Shown: positions 15,001 through 30,000 of the stretch, piece by piece
How positions within the stretch are numbered: the first letter of the stretch is position 1
Layout: the number at the start of each line of letters is the position of its first letter
Origin: Auanema rhodensis
Lineage: Eukaryota; Animalia; Nematoda
Assembly: GCA_964057225.1 (NCBI GenBank)
Contig: OZ059899.1
Span: 17,360,001 to 17,424,000, forward strand
Direction of reading: 5' to 3'
DNA: 64,000 nucleotides
Translations under genes and position numbers: made by a program
The notes under the pieces: model-generated
The model's database searches: none
What the model was told of the DNA's origin: nothing
The model's input: the letters and a program-made list of their open reading frames with translations, nothing else

Positions 15001-18000
15001 TGTGTTATCAGATTTGCGCTAGCTTAAAAAAGCACCGAGATATCAACTGATATAAGTTCACACTTATATCCTCGATTTTCACCCTGAAGAATTAATTTTT
15101 TTGTTGAATAACATTGTCCATCGTCTTCGCCTTGAAAAAAGGAATCTAAAAACATCTACTTTTTGTGAAATTATTTCGAAATTTTTAGGGAAAATTTTTG
15201 TCAAAATGTTTTTGGAAGCAATGTTGAGTGTACATGGAAACTCAACATACACTAATACATCATTTTTTAAACGATCATAACTAATTTTTGTATTGAGGGT
15301 TTCTCAATGTAGTATAGTGCATTCGATGCGGATTTTTAAGCTGCGTCGATCTGTGTTATCAGATTTGCGCTAGCTTAAAAAAGCACCGAGATATCAACTG
15401 ATATAAGTTCACACTTATATCCTCGATTTTCACCCTGAAGAATTAATTTTTTTGTTGAATAACATTGTCCATCGTCTTCGCCTTGAAAAAAGGAATCTAA
15501 AAACATCTACTTTTCGTGAAATTATTTCGAAATTTTTAGGTAAAATTTTTGTCAAAATGTTTTTGAAAGCAATGTTGAGTGTACATGGAAACTCAACATA
15601 CACTAATGCATCATTTTTCAAACGATCATGACTAATTTTTGTATTGAGGGTTTCTCAATGTAGTATAGTGCATTCGATGCGGATTTTTAAGCTGCGTCGA
15701 TCTGTATTATCAGATTTGCGCTAGCTTAAAAATGCACCGAGATTTCAACTGATATAAGTTCACACTTATATCCTCGATTTTCACCCTGAAAAATTGATTT
15801 TTTCGTTGAATAACACTGTCCATCGTCTTTGCCTTGAAAAAAGGAATCTAAAAACATCTACTTTTTGTGAAATTATCTTGAAATTTTCAGGGAAAATTTT
15901 TGTCAAAATGTTTTTGGAAGCAATGTTGAGTGTACATGGAAACTCAACATACACTAATGCATCATTTTTCAAACGATCATAACTAATTTTTGTATTAAGC
16001 GTTTTTCAATGTAGTATAGTGCATTCGATGCGGATTTTTAAGCTGCGTCGATCTGTGTTATCAGATTTGCGCTAGCTTAAAAATGCACCGAGATATCAAC
16101 TGATATAAGTTTACACTTATATCCTCGATTTTCACCCTGGAGAATTAATTTTTTCGTTGAATAACATTGTCCATCGTCTTCGCCTTGAAAAAAGGAATCT
16201 AAAAACATCTACTTTTTGTGAAATTATTTTGAAATTTTTAGGGAAAATTTTGGTCAAAATGTTTTTGGAAGCAATGTTGAGTGTACATGGAAACTCAACA
16301 TACACTAATGCATCATTTTTCAAACGATCATGACTAATTTTTGTATTGAGGGTTTCTCAATGTAGTATAGTGCATTCTATGCGGATTTTTAAGCTGCGTC
16401 GATCTGTGTTATCAGATTTGCGCTAGCTTAAAAATGCACCGAGATATCAACTGATATAAGTTCACACTTATATCCTCGATTTTCACCCTGAAAAATTGAT
16501 TTTTTCGTTGAATAACATTGTCCATCGTCTTTGCCTTGAAAAAAGGAATCTAAAAACAACTACTTTTTGTGAAATTATTTCGAAATTTTTAAGGAAAATT
16601 TTTGTCAAAATGTTTTTGGAAGCAATGTTGAGTGTACATGGAAACTCAACATACACTAATGCATCATTTTTCAAACGATCATAACTAATTTATGTATCAA
16701 GCGTTTCTCAATGTAGTATAGTGCATTCGAATCGGATTTTTAAGCTGCGTCGATCTGTGTTATCAGATTTGCGCTAGCTTAAAAATGCACCGAGATATCA
16801 ACTGAAATAAGTTAACACATATATCCTCGATTTTCACCCTGAAGAATTAATTTTTTTGTTGAATAACATTGTCCATCGTCTTCGCCTTGAAAAAAGGAAT
16901 CTAAAAACATCTACTTTTTGTGAAATTATTTTGAAATTTTTAGGGAAAATTTTTGTCAAAATGTTTTTGGAAGCAATGTTGAGTGTACATGGAAACTCAA
17001 CATACACTAATGCATCATTTTTCAAACGATCATAACTAATTTATGTATCAAGCGTTTCTCAATGTAGTATAGTGCATTCGAATCGGATTTTTAAGCTGCG
17101 TCGATCTGTGTTATCAGATTTGCGCTAGCTTAAAAATGCACCGAGATATCAACTGATATAAGTTTACACTTATATCCTCGATTTTCACCCTGAAGAATTA
17201 ATTTTTTTGTTGAATAACATTGTCCATCGTCTTTGCCTTGAAAAAAGGAATCTAAAAACAACTACTTTTTGTGAAATTATCTCGAAATTTTTAGGTAAAA
17301 TTTTTGTCAAAATGTTTTTGAAAGCAATGTTGAGTGTACATGGAAACTCAACATACACTAATGCATCATTTTTCAAACGATCATGACTAATTTTTGTATT
17401 GAGCGTTTCTCAATGTAGTATAATGCACTCGATGCGGATTTTTAAGCTGCGTCGATCTGTGTTATCAGATTTGCACTAGCTTAAAAATGAACCGAGATAT
17501 CAACTGATATAAGTTCACACTTATATCCTCGATTTTCACCCTGAAGAATTAATTTTTTTGTTGAATAACATTGTCCATCGTCTTTACCTTGAAAAAAGGA
17601 ATCTAAAAACATCTACTTTTTGTGAAATTATTTTGAAATTTTTAGGGAAAATTTTGGTCAAAATGTTTTTGGAAGCAATGTTGAGTGTACATGGAAACTC
17701 AACATACACTAATGCATCATTTTTCAAACGATCATAACTAATTTTTGTATTAAGAGTTTCTCAATGTAGTATAGTGCATTCGATGCGGATTTTTAAGCTG
17801 CGTCGATCTGTGTTATCAGATTTGCGCTAGCTTAAAAATGCACCGAGATATCAACTGATATAAGTTTACACTTATATCCTCGATTTTCACCCTGAAGAAT
17901 TAATTTTTTTGTTGAATAACATTGTCCATCGTCTTCGCCTTGAAAAAAGAAATCTAAAAACATCTACTTTTTGTGAAATTATTTTGAAATTTTTAGGGAA

Positions 18001-21000
18001 AATTTTGGTCAAAATGTTTTTGGAAGCAATGTTGAGTGTACATGGAAACTCAACATACACTAATGCATCATTTTTCAAACGATCATGACTAATTTTTGTA
18101 TTGAGGGTTTCTCAATGTAGTATAGTGCATTCGATGCGGATTTTTAAGCTGCGTCGATCTGTGTTATCAGATTTGCGCTAGCTTAAAAATGCACCGAGAT
18201 ATCAACTGATATAAGTTCACACTTATATCCTCGATTTTCACCCTGAAAAATTGATTTTTTCGTTGAATAACATTGTCCATCGTCTTTGCCTTGAAAAAAG
18301 GAATCTAAAAACAACTACTTTTTGTGAAATTATTTCGAAATTTTTAGGGAAAATTTTTGTCAAAATGTTTTTGGAAGCAATGTTGAGTGTACATGGAAAC
18401 TCAACATACACTAATGCATCATTTTTCAAACGATCATAACTAATTTTTGTATTAAGCGTTTCTCAATGTTGTATAGTGCATTCGATGCGGATTTTTAAGC
18501 TGCGTCGATCTATGTTATCAGATTTGCGCTATCTTAAAAATGCACCGAGATATCAACTGATATAAGTTCACACTTATAATCTCGATTTTCACCCTGAAGA
18601 ATTAATTTTTTTGTTGAATAACATTGTCCATCGTCTTCACCTTGAAAAAAGGAATCTAAAAACATCTACTTTTTGTAAAATTATTTTGAAATTTTTAGGG
18701 AAAATTTTTGTCAAAATGTTTTTGGAAGCAATGTTGAGTGTACATGGAAACTCAACATACACTAATGCATCATTTTTCAAACGATCATAACTAATTTTTG
18801 TATTAAGCGTTTCTCAATGTAGTATAGTGCATTCGATGCGGATTTTTAAGCTGCGTCGATCTGTGTTATCAGATTTGCGCTAGCTTAAAAATGCACCGAG
18901 ATATCAACTGAAATAAGTTAACACATATATCCTCGATTTTCACCCTGAAGAATTAATTTTTTTGTTGAATAACATTGTCCATCGTCTTCGCCTTGAAAAA
19001 AGGAATCTAAAAACATCTACTTTTTGTGAAATTATTTTGAAATTTTTAGGGAAAATTTTTGTCAAAATGTTTTTGGAAGCAATGTTGAGTGTACATGGAA
19101 ACTCAACATACACTAATGCATCATTTTTCAAACGATCATGCCTAATTTTTGTATTGAGCGTTTCTCAATGTAGTATAATGCACTCGATGCGGATTTTTAA
19201 GCTGCGTCGATCTGTGTTATCAGATTTGCACTAGCTTAAAAATGAACCGAGATATCAACTGATATAAGTTCACACTTATATCCTCGATTTTCACCCTGAA
19301 AAATTGATTTTTTCGTTGAATAACATTGTCCATCGTCTTCGCCTTGAAAAAAGGAATCTAAAAACATCTACTTTTTGTGAAATTATTTTGAAATTTTTAG
19401 GGAAAATTTTGGTCAAAATGTTTTTGGAAGCAATGTTGAGTGTACATGGAAACTCAACATACACTAATGCATCATTTTTCAAACGATCATAACTAATTTT
19501 TGTATTGAGCGTTTCTCAATGTAGTATAGTGCATTCGATGCGGATTTTTAAGCTGCGTCGATCTATGTTATCAGATTTGCGCTATCTTTAAAATGCACCG
19601 AGATATCAACTGTTATAAGTTCACACTTATATCCTCGATTTTCACCCTGAAGAATTAATTTTTTTGTTGAATAACATTGTCCATCGTCTTCGCCTTGAAA
19701 AAAGAAATCTAAAAACATCTACTTTTTGTGAAATTATTTTGAAATTTTTCGGGAAAATTTTTGTCAAAATGTTTTTGGAAGCAATGTTGAGTGTACATGG
19801 AAACTCAACATACACTAATACATCATTTTTCAAACGATCATAACTAATTTTTGTATTAAGCGTTTCTCAATGTTGTATAGTGCATTCGATGCGGATTTTT
19901 AAGCTGCGTCGATCTATGTTATCAGATTTGCGCTATCTTAAAAATGCACCGAGATATCAACTGATATAAGTTCACACTTATAATCTCGATTTTCACCCTG
20001 AAGAATTAATTTTTTTGTTGAATAACATTGTCCATCGTCTTCACCTTGAAAAAAGGAATCTAAAAACATCTACTTTTTGTAAAATTATTTTGAAATTTTT
20101 AGGGAAAATTTTTGTCAAAATGTTTTTGGAAGCAATGTTGAGTGTACATGGAAACTCAACATACACTAATGCATCATTTTTCAAACGATCATAACTAATT
20201 TTTGTATCAAGCGTTTCTCAATGTAGTATAGTGCATTCAAATCGGATTTTCAAGCTGCGTCGATCTGTGTTATCAGATTTGCGCTAGCTTAAAAATGCAC
20301 CGAGATATCAACTGAAATAAGTTAACACATATATCCTCGATTTTCACCCTGAAGAATTAATTTTTTTGTTGAATAACATTGTCCATCGTCTTCGCCTTGA
20401 AAAAAGAAATCTAAAAACATCTACTTTTTGTGAAATTATTTTGAAATTTTTAGGGAAAATTTTGGTCAAAATGTTTTTGGAAGCAATGTTGAGTGTACAT
20501 GGAAACTCAACATACACTAATGCATCATTTTTCAAACGATCATAACTAATTTTTGTATTGAGCGTTTCTCAATGTAGTATAGTGCATTCGATGCGGATTT
20601 TTAAGCTGCGTCGATCTGTGTTATCAGATTTGCGCTAGCGTAAAAATGAACCGAGATATCAACTGATATAAGTTCACACTTATATCCTCGATTTTCACCC
20701 TGAAGAATTGATTTTTTTGTTGAATAACATTGTCCATCGTCTTCGCCTTGAAAAAAGAAATCTAAATACATCTACTTTTTGTGAAATTATTTTGAAATTT
20801 TTCGGGAAAATTTTTGTCAAAATGTTTTTGGAAGCAATGTTGAGTGTACATGGAAACTCAACATACACTAATACATCATTTTCTAAACGATCATAACTAA
20901 TTTTTGTATTGAGGGTTTCTCAATGTAGTATAATGCACTCGATGCGGATTTTTAAGCTGCGTCGATCTGTGTTATCAGATTTGCACTAGCTTAAAAATGA

Positions 21001-24000
21001 ACCGAGATATCAACTGATATAAGTTCACACTTATATCCTCGATTTTCACCCTGAAGAATTGATTTTTTTGTTGAATAACATTGTCCATCGTCTTCGGCTT
21101 GAAAAAAGGAATCTAAAAACAACTACTTTTTGTGAAATTATTTCGAAATTTTTAGGTAAAATTTTTGTCAAAATGTTTTTGAAAGCAATGTTGAGTGTAC
21201 ATGGAAACTCAACATACACTAATGCATCATTTTTCAAACGATCATGACTAATTTTTGTATTGAGCGTTTCTCAATGTAGTATAATGCACTCGATGCGGAT
21301 TTTTAAGCTGCGTCGATCTGTGTTATCAGATTTGCACTAGCTTAAAAATGAACCGAGATATCAACTGATATAAGTTCACACTTATATCCTCGATTTTCAC
21401 CCTGAAAAATTGATTTTTTCGTTGAATAACATTGTCCATCGTCTTCGCCTTGAAAAAAGGAATCTAAAAACATCTACTTTTTGTGAAATTATTTTGAAAT
21501 TTTTAGGGAAAATTTTGGTCAAAATGTTTTTGGAAGCAATGTTGAGTGTACATGGAAACTCAACATACACTAATGCATCATTTTTCAAACGATCATAACT
21601 AATTTTTGTATTAAGAGTTTCTCAATGTAGTATAGTGCATTCGATGCGGATTTTTAAGCTGCGTCGATCTGTGTTATCAGATTTGCGCTAGCTTAAAAAT
21701 GCACCGAGATATCAACTGATATAAGTTTACACTTATATCCTCGATTTTCACCCTGGAGAATTAATTTTTTCGTTGAATAACAATGTCCATCGTCTTCGCC
21801 TTAAAAAAAAAATCTAAAAACATCTACTTTTTGTGAAATTATTTTGAAATTTTTAGGGAAAATTTTGGTCAAAATGTTTTTGGAAGCAATGTTGAGTGTA
21901 CATGGAAACTCAACATACACTAATGCATCATTTTTCAAACGATCATAACTAATTTTTGTATTGAGCGTTTCTCAATGTAGTATAGTGCATTCGATGCGGA
22001 TTTTTAAGCTGCGTCGATCTATGTTATCAGATTTGCGCTATCTTTAAAATGCACCGAGATATCAACTGTTATAAGTTCACACTTATATCCTCGATTTTCA
22101 CCCTGAAGAATTAATTTTTTTGTTGAATAACATTGTCCATCGTCTTCGCCTTGAAAAAAGAAATCTAAAAACATCTACTTTTTGTGAAATTATTTTGAAA
22201 TTTTTCGGGAAAATTTTTGTCAAAATGTTTTTGGAAGCAATGTTGAGTGTACATGGAAACTCAACATACACTAATACATCATTTTTCAAACGATCATAAC
22301 TAATTTTTGTATTAAGCGTTTCTCAATGTTGTATAGTGCATTCGATGCGGATTTTTAAGCTGCGTCGATCTATGTTATCAGATTTGCGCTATCTTAAAAA
22401 TGCACCGAGATATCAACTGAAATAAGTTAACACATATATCCTCGATTTTCACCCTGAAGAATTAATTTTTTTGTTGAATAACATTGTCCATCGTCTTCGC
22501 CTTGAAAAAAGGAATCTAAAAACATCTACTTTTTGTAAAATTATTTTGAAATTTTTAGGGAAAATTTTTGTCAAAATGTTTTTGGAAGCAATGTTGAGTG
22601 TACATGGAAACTCAACATACACTAATGCATCATTTTTCAAACGATCATAACTAATTTTTGTATTAAGCGTTTCTCAATGTAGTATAGTGCATTCGATGCG
22701 GATTTTTAAGCTGCGTCGATCTGTGTTATCAGATTTGCGCTAGCTTAAAAATGCACCGAGATATCAACTGAAATAAGTTAACACATATATCCTCGATTTT
22801 CACCCTGAAGAATTAATTTTTTTGTTGAATAACATTGTCCATCGTCTTCGCCTTGAAAAAAGGAATCTAAAAACATCTACTTTTTGTGAAATTATTTTGA
22901 AATTTTTAGGGAAAATTTTTGTCAAAATGTTTTTGGAAGCAATGTTGAGTGTACATGGAAACTCAACATACACTAATGCATCATTTTTCAAACGATCATG
23001 CCTAATTTTTGTATTGAGCGTTTCTCAATGTAGTATAATGCACTCGATGCGGATTTTTAAGCTGCGTCGATCTGTGTTATCAGATTTGCACTAGCTTAAA
23101 AATGAACCGAGATATCAACTGATATAAGTTCACACTTATATCCTCGATTTTCACCCTGAAAAATTAATTTTTTCGTTGAATAACATTGTCCATCGTCTTC
23201 GCCTTGAAAAAAGGAATCTAAAAACATCTACTTTTTGTGAAATTATTTTGAAATTTTTAGGGAAAATTTTGGTCAAAATGTTTTTGGAAGCAATGTTGAG
23301 TGTACATGGAAACTCAACATACACTAATGCATCATTTTTCAAACGATCATAACTAATTTTTGTATTGAGCGTTTCTCAATGTAGTATAGTGCATTCGATG
23401 CGGATTTTTAAGCTGCGTCGATCTATGTTATCAGATTTGCGCTATCTTTAAAATGCACCGAGATATCAACTGTTATAAGTTCACACTTATATCCTCGATT
23501 TTCACCCTGAAGAATTAATTTTTTTGTTGAATAACATTGTCCATCGTCTTCGCCTTGAAAAAAGAAATCTAAAAACATCTACTTTTTGTGAAATTATTTT
23601 GAAATTTTTCGGGAAAATTTTTGTCAAAATGTTTTTGGAAGCAATGTTGAGTGTATATGGAAACTCAACATACACTAATACATCATTTTTCAAACGATCA
23701 TAACTAATTTTTGTATTAAGCGTTTCTCAATGTTGTATAGTGCATTCGATGCGGATTTTTAAGCTGCGTCGATCTATGTTATCAGATTTGCGCTATCTTA
23801 AAAATGCACCGAGATATCAACTGATATAAGTTCACACTTATAATCTCGATTTTCACCCTGAAGAATTAATTTTTTTGTTGAATAACATTGTCCATCGTCT
23901 TCACCTTGAAAAAAGGAATCTAAAAACATCTACTTTTTGTAAAATTATTTTGAAATTTTTAGGGAAAATTTTTGTCAAAATGTTTTTGGAAGCAATGTTG

Positions 24001-27000
24001 AGTGTACATGGAAACTCAACATACACTAATGCATCATTTTTCAAACGATCATAACTAATTTTTGTATCAAGCGTTTCTCAATGTAGTATAGTGCATTCAA
24101 ATCGGATTTTCAAGCTGCGTCGATCTGTGTTATCAGATTTGCGCTAGCTTAAAAATGCACCGAGATATCAACTGAAATAAGTTAACACATATATCCTCGA
24201 TTTTCACCCTGAAGAATTAATTTTTTTGTTGAATAACATTGTCCATCGTCTTCGCCTTGAAAAAAGAAATCTAAAAACATCTACTTTTTGTGAAATTATT
24301 TTGAAATTTTTAGGGAAAATTTTGGTCAAAATGTTTTTGGAAGCAATGTTGAGTGTACATGGAAACTCAACATACACTAATGCATCATTTTTCAAACGAT
24401 CATAACTAATTTTTGTATTGAGCGTTTCTCAATGTAGTATAGTGCATTCGATGCGGATTTTTAAGCTGCGTCGATCTGTGTTATCAGATTTGCGCTAGCG
24501 TAAAAATGAACCGAGATATCAACTGATATAAGTTCACACTTATATCCTCGATTTTCACCCTGAAGAATTGATTTTTTTGTTGAATAACATTGTCCATCGT
24601 CTTCGCCTTGAAAAAAGAAATCTAAAAACATCTACTTTTTGTGAAATTATTTTGAAATTTTTCGGGAAAATTTTTGTCAAAATGTTTTTGGAAGCAATGT
24701 TGAGTGTACATGGAAACTCAACATACACTAATACATCATTTTCTAAACGATCATAACTAATTTTTGTATTGAGGGTTTCTCAATGTAGTATAATGCACTC
24801 GATGCGGATTTTTAAGCTGCGTCGATCTGTGTTATCAGATTTGCACTAGCTTAAAAATGAACCGAGATATCAACTGATATAAGTTCACACTTATATCCTC
24901 GATTTTCACCCTGAAGAATTGATTTTTTTGTTGAATAACATTGTCCATCGTCTTCGGCTTGAAAAAAGGAATCTAAAAACAACTACTTTTTGTGAAATTA
25001 TTTCGAAATTTTTAGGTAAAATTTTTGTCAAAATGTTTTTGAAAGCAATGTTGAGTGTACATGGAAACTCAACATACACTAATGCATCATTTTTCAAACG
25101 ATCATGACTAATTTTTGTATTGAGCGTTTCTCAATGTAGTATAATGCACTCGATGCGGATTTTTAAGCTGCGTCGATCTGTGTTATCAGATTTGCACTAG
25201 CTTAAAAATGAACCGAGATATCAACTGATATAAGTTCACACTTATATCCTCGATTTTCACCCTGAAAAATTGATTTTTTCGTTGAATAACATTGTCCATC
25301 GTCTTCGCCTTGAAAAAAGGAATCTAAAAACATCTACTTTTTGTGAAATTATTTTGAAATTTTTAGGGAAAATTTTGGTCAAAATGTTTTTGGAAGCAAT
25401 GTTGAGTGTACATGGAAACTCAACATACACTAATGCATCATTTTTCAAACGATCATAACTAATTTTTGTATTAAGAGTTTCTCAATGTAGTATAGTGCAT
25501 TCGATGCGGATTTTTAAGCTGCGTCGATCTGTGTTATCAGATTTGCGCTAGCTTAAAAATGCACCGAGATATCAACTGATATAAGTTTACACTTATATCC
25601 TCGATTTTCACCCTGGAGAATTAATTTTTTCGTTGAATAACAATGTCCATCGTCTTCGCCTTAAAAAAAAAATCTAAAAACATCTACTTTTTGTGAAATT
25701 ATTTTGAAATTTTTAGGGAAAATTTTGGTCAAAATGTTTTTGGAAGCAATGTTAAGTGTACATGGAAACTCAACATACACTAATACATCATTTTTCAAAC
25801 GATCATAACTAATTTTTGTATTAAGCGTTTCTCAATGTTGTATAGTGCATTCGATGCGGATTTTTAAGCTGCGTCGATCTATGTTATCAGATTTGCGCTA
25901 TCTTAAAAATGCACCGAGATATCAACTGATATAAGTTCACACTTATAATCTCGATTTTCACCCTGAAGAATTAATTTTTTTGTTGAATAACATTGTCCAT
26001 CGTCTTCACCTTGAAAAAAGGAATCTAAAAACATCTACTTTTTGTAAAATTATTTTGAAATTTTTAGGGAAAATTTTTGTCAAAATGTTTTTGGAAGCAA
26101 TGTTGAGTGTACATGGAAACTCAACATACACTAATGCATCATTTTTCAAACGATCATAACTAATTTTTGTATCAAGCGTTTCTCAATGTAGTATAGTGCA
26201 TTCAAATCGGATTTTTAAGCTGCGTCGATCTGTGTTATCAGATTTGCGCTAGCTTAAAAATGCACCGAGATATCAACTGAAATAAGTTAACACATATATC
26301 CTCGATTTTCACCCTGAAGAATTAATTTTTTTGTTGAATAACATTGTCCATCGTCTTCGCCTTGAAAAAAGGAATCTAAAAACATCTACTTTTCGTGAAA
26401 TTATTTTGAAATTTTTAGGGAAAATTTTTGTCAAAATGTTTTTGGAAGCAATGTTGAGTGTACATGGAAACTGAACATACACTAATGCATCATTTTTCAA
26501 ACGATCATGCCTAATTTTTGTATTGAGCGTTTCTCAATGTAGTATAATGCACTCGATGCGGATTTTTAAGCTGCGTCGATCTGTGTTATCAGATTTGCAC
26601 TAGCTTAAAAATGAACCGAGATATCAACTGATATAAGTTCACACTTATATCCTCGATTTTCACCCTGAAAAATTGATTTTTTCGTTGAATAACATTGTCC
26701 ATCGTCTTCGCCTTGAAAAAAGGAATCTAAAAACATCTACTTTTTGTGAAATTATTTTGAAATTTTTAGGGAAAATTTTGGTCAAAATGTTTTTGGAAGC
26801 AATGTTGAGTGTACATGGAAACTCAACATACACTAATGCATCATTTTTCAAACGATCATAACTAATTTTTGTATTAAGAGTTTCTCAAGGTAGTATAGTG
26901 CATTCGATGCGGATTTTTAAGCTGCGTCGATCTGTGTTATCAGATTTGCGCTAGCTTAAAAATGCACCGAGATATCAACTGATATAAGTTTACACTTATA

Positions 27001-30000
27001 TCCTCGATTTTCACCCTGGAGAATTAATTTTTTCGTTGAATAACAATGTCCATCGTCTTCGCCTTAAAAAAAAAATCTAAAAACATCTACTTTTTGTGAA
27101 ATTATTTTGAAATTTTTAGGGAAAATTTTGGTCAAAATGTTTTTGAAAGCAATGTTGAGTGTACATGGAAACTCAACATACACTAATGCATCATTTTTCA
27201 AACGATCATAACTAATTTTTGTATTGAGCGTTTCTCAATGTAGTATAGTGCATTCGATGCGGATTTTTAAGCTGCGTCGATCTATGTTATCAGATTTGCG
27301 CTATCTTTAAAATGCACCGAGATATCAACTGTTATAAGTTCACACTTATATCCTCGATTTTCACCCTGAAGAATTAATTTTTTTGTTGAATAACATTGTC
27401 CATCGTCTTCGCCTTGAAAAAAGAAATCTAAAAACATCTACTTTTTGTGAAATTATTTTGAAATTTTTCGGGAAAATTTTTGTCAAAATGTTTTTGGAAG
27501 CAATGTTGAGTGTACATGGAAACTCAACATACACTAATACATCATTTTCTAAACGATCATAACTAATTTTTGTATTGAGGGTTTCTCAATGTAATATAGT
27601 GCATTCGATGCGGATTTTTAAGCTGCGTCGATCTGTGTTATCAGATTTGCGCTAGCTTAAAAATGAACCGAGATATCAACTGATATAAGTTCACACTTAT
27701 ATCCTCGATTTTCACCCTGAAGAATTGATTTTTTTGTTGAATAACATTGTCCATCGTTTTGCCTTGAAAAAAGAAATCTAAAAACATCTACTTTTTGTGA
27801 AATTATTTTGTCAAAATGTTTTTGGAAGCAATGTTGAGTGTACATGGAAACTCAACATACACTAATACATCATTTTCTAAACGATCATAACTAATTTTTG
27901 TATTGAGGGTTTCTCAATGTAGTATAATGCACTCGATGCGGATTTTTAAGCTGCGTCGATCTGTGTTATCAGATTTGCACTAGCTTAAAAATGAACCGAG
28001 ATATCAACTGATATAAGTTCACACTTATATCCTCGATTTTCACCCTGAAGAATTGATTTTTTTGTTGAATAACATTGTCCATCGTCTTCGGCTTGAAAAA
28101 AGGAATCTAAAAACAACTACTTTTTGTGAAATTATTTCGAAATTTTTAGGTAAAATTTTTGTCAAAATGTTTTTGGAAGCAATGTTGAGTGTACATGGAA
28201 ACTCAACATACACTAATACATCATTTTCTAAACGATCATAACTAATTTTTGTATTGAGGGTTTCTCAATGTAATATAGTGCATTCGATGCGGATTTTTAA
28301 GCTGCGTCGATCTGTGTTATCAGATTTGCGCTAGCTTAAAAATGCACCGAGATATCAACTGAAATAAGTTAACACATATATCCTCGATTTTCACCCTGAA
28401 GAATTAATTTTTTTGTTGAATAACATTGTCCATCGTCTTCGCCTTGAAAAAAGGAATCTAAAAACATCTACTTTTCGTGAAATTATTTTGAAATTTTTAG
28501 GGAAAATTTTTGTCAAAATGTTTTTGGAAGCAATGTTGAGTGTACATGGAAACTCAACATACACTAATGCATCATTTTTCAAACGATCATGACTAATTTT
28601 TGTATTGAGCGTTTCTCAATGTAGTATAATGCACTCGATGCGGATTTTTAAGCTGCGTCGATCTGTGTTATCAGATTTGCACTAGCTTAAAAATGAACCG
28701 AGATATCAACTGATATAAGTTCACACTTATATCCTCGATTTTCACCCTGAAAAATTGATTTTTTCGTTGAATAACATTGTCCATCGTCTTCGCCTTGAAA
28801 AAAGGAATCTAAAAACATCTACTTTTTGTGAAATTATTTTGAAATTTTTAGGGAAAATTTTGGTCAAAATGTTTTTGGAAGCAATGTTGAGTGTACATGG
28901 AAACTCAACATACACTAATGCATCATTTTTCAAACGATCATAACTAATTTTTGTATTAAGAGTTTCTCAATGTAGTATAGTGCATTCGATGCGGATTTTT
29001 AAGCTGCGTCGATCTGTGTTATCAGATTTGCGCTAGCTTAAAAATGCACCGAGATATCAACTGATATAAGTTTACACTTATATCCTCGATTTTCACCCTG
29101 GAGAATTAATTTTTTCGTTGAATAACAATGTCCATCGTCTTCGCCTTAAAAAAAAATCTAAAAACATCTACTTTTTGTGAAATTATTTTGAAATTTTTAG
29201 GGAAAATTTTGGTCAAAATGTTTTTGGAAGCAATGTTGAGTGTACATGGAAACTCAACATACACTAATGTATCATTTTTCAAACGATCATAACTAATTTT
29301 TGTATTGAGCGTTTCTCAATGTAGTATAGTGCATTCGATGCGGATTTTTAAGCTGCGTCGATCTATGTTATCAGATTTGCGCTATCTTTAAAATGCACCG
29401 AGATATCAACTGTTATAAGTTCACACTTATATCCTCGATTTTCACCCTGAAGAATTAATTTTTTTGTTGAATAACATTGTCCATCGTCTTCGCCTTGAAA
29501 AAAGAAATCTAAAAACATCTACTTTTTGTGAAATTATTTTGAAATTTTTCGGGAAAATTTTTGTCAAAATGTTTTTGGAAGCAATGTTGAGTGTACATGG
29601 AAACTCAACATACACTAATACATCATTTTCAAACGATCATAACTAATTTTTGTATTAAGCGTTTCTCAATGTTGTATAGTGCATTCGATGCGGATTTTTA
29701 AGCTGCGTCGATCTATGTTATCAGATTTGCGCTATCTTAAAAATGCACCGAGATATCAACTGATATAAGTTCACACTTATAATCTCGATTTTCACCCTGA
29801 AGAATTAATTTTTTTGTTGAATAACATTGTCCATCGTCTTCACCTTGAAAAAAGGAATCTAAAAACATCTACTTTTTGTAAAATTATTTTGAAATTTTTA
29901 GGGAAAATTTTTGTCAAAATGTTTTTGGAAGCAATGTTGAGTGTACATGGAAACTCAACATACACTAATGCATCATTTTTCAAACGATCATAACTAATTT

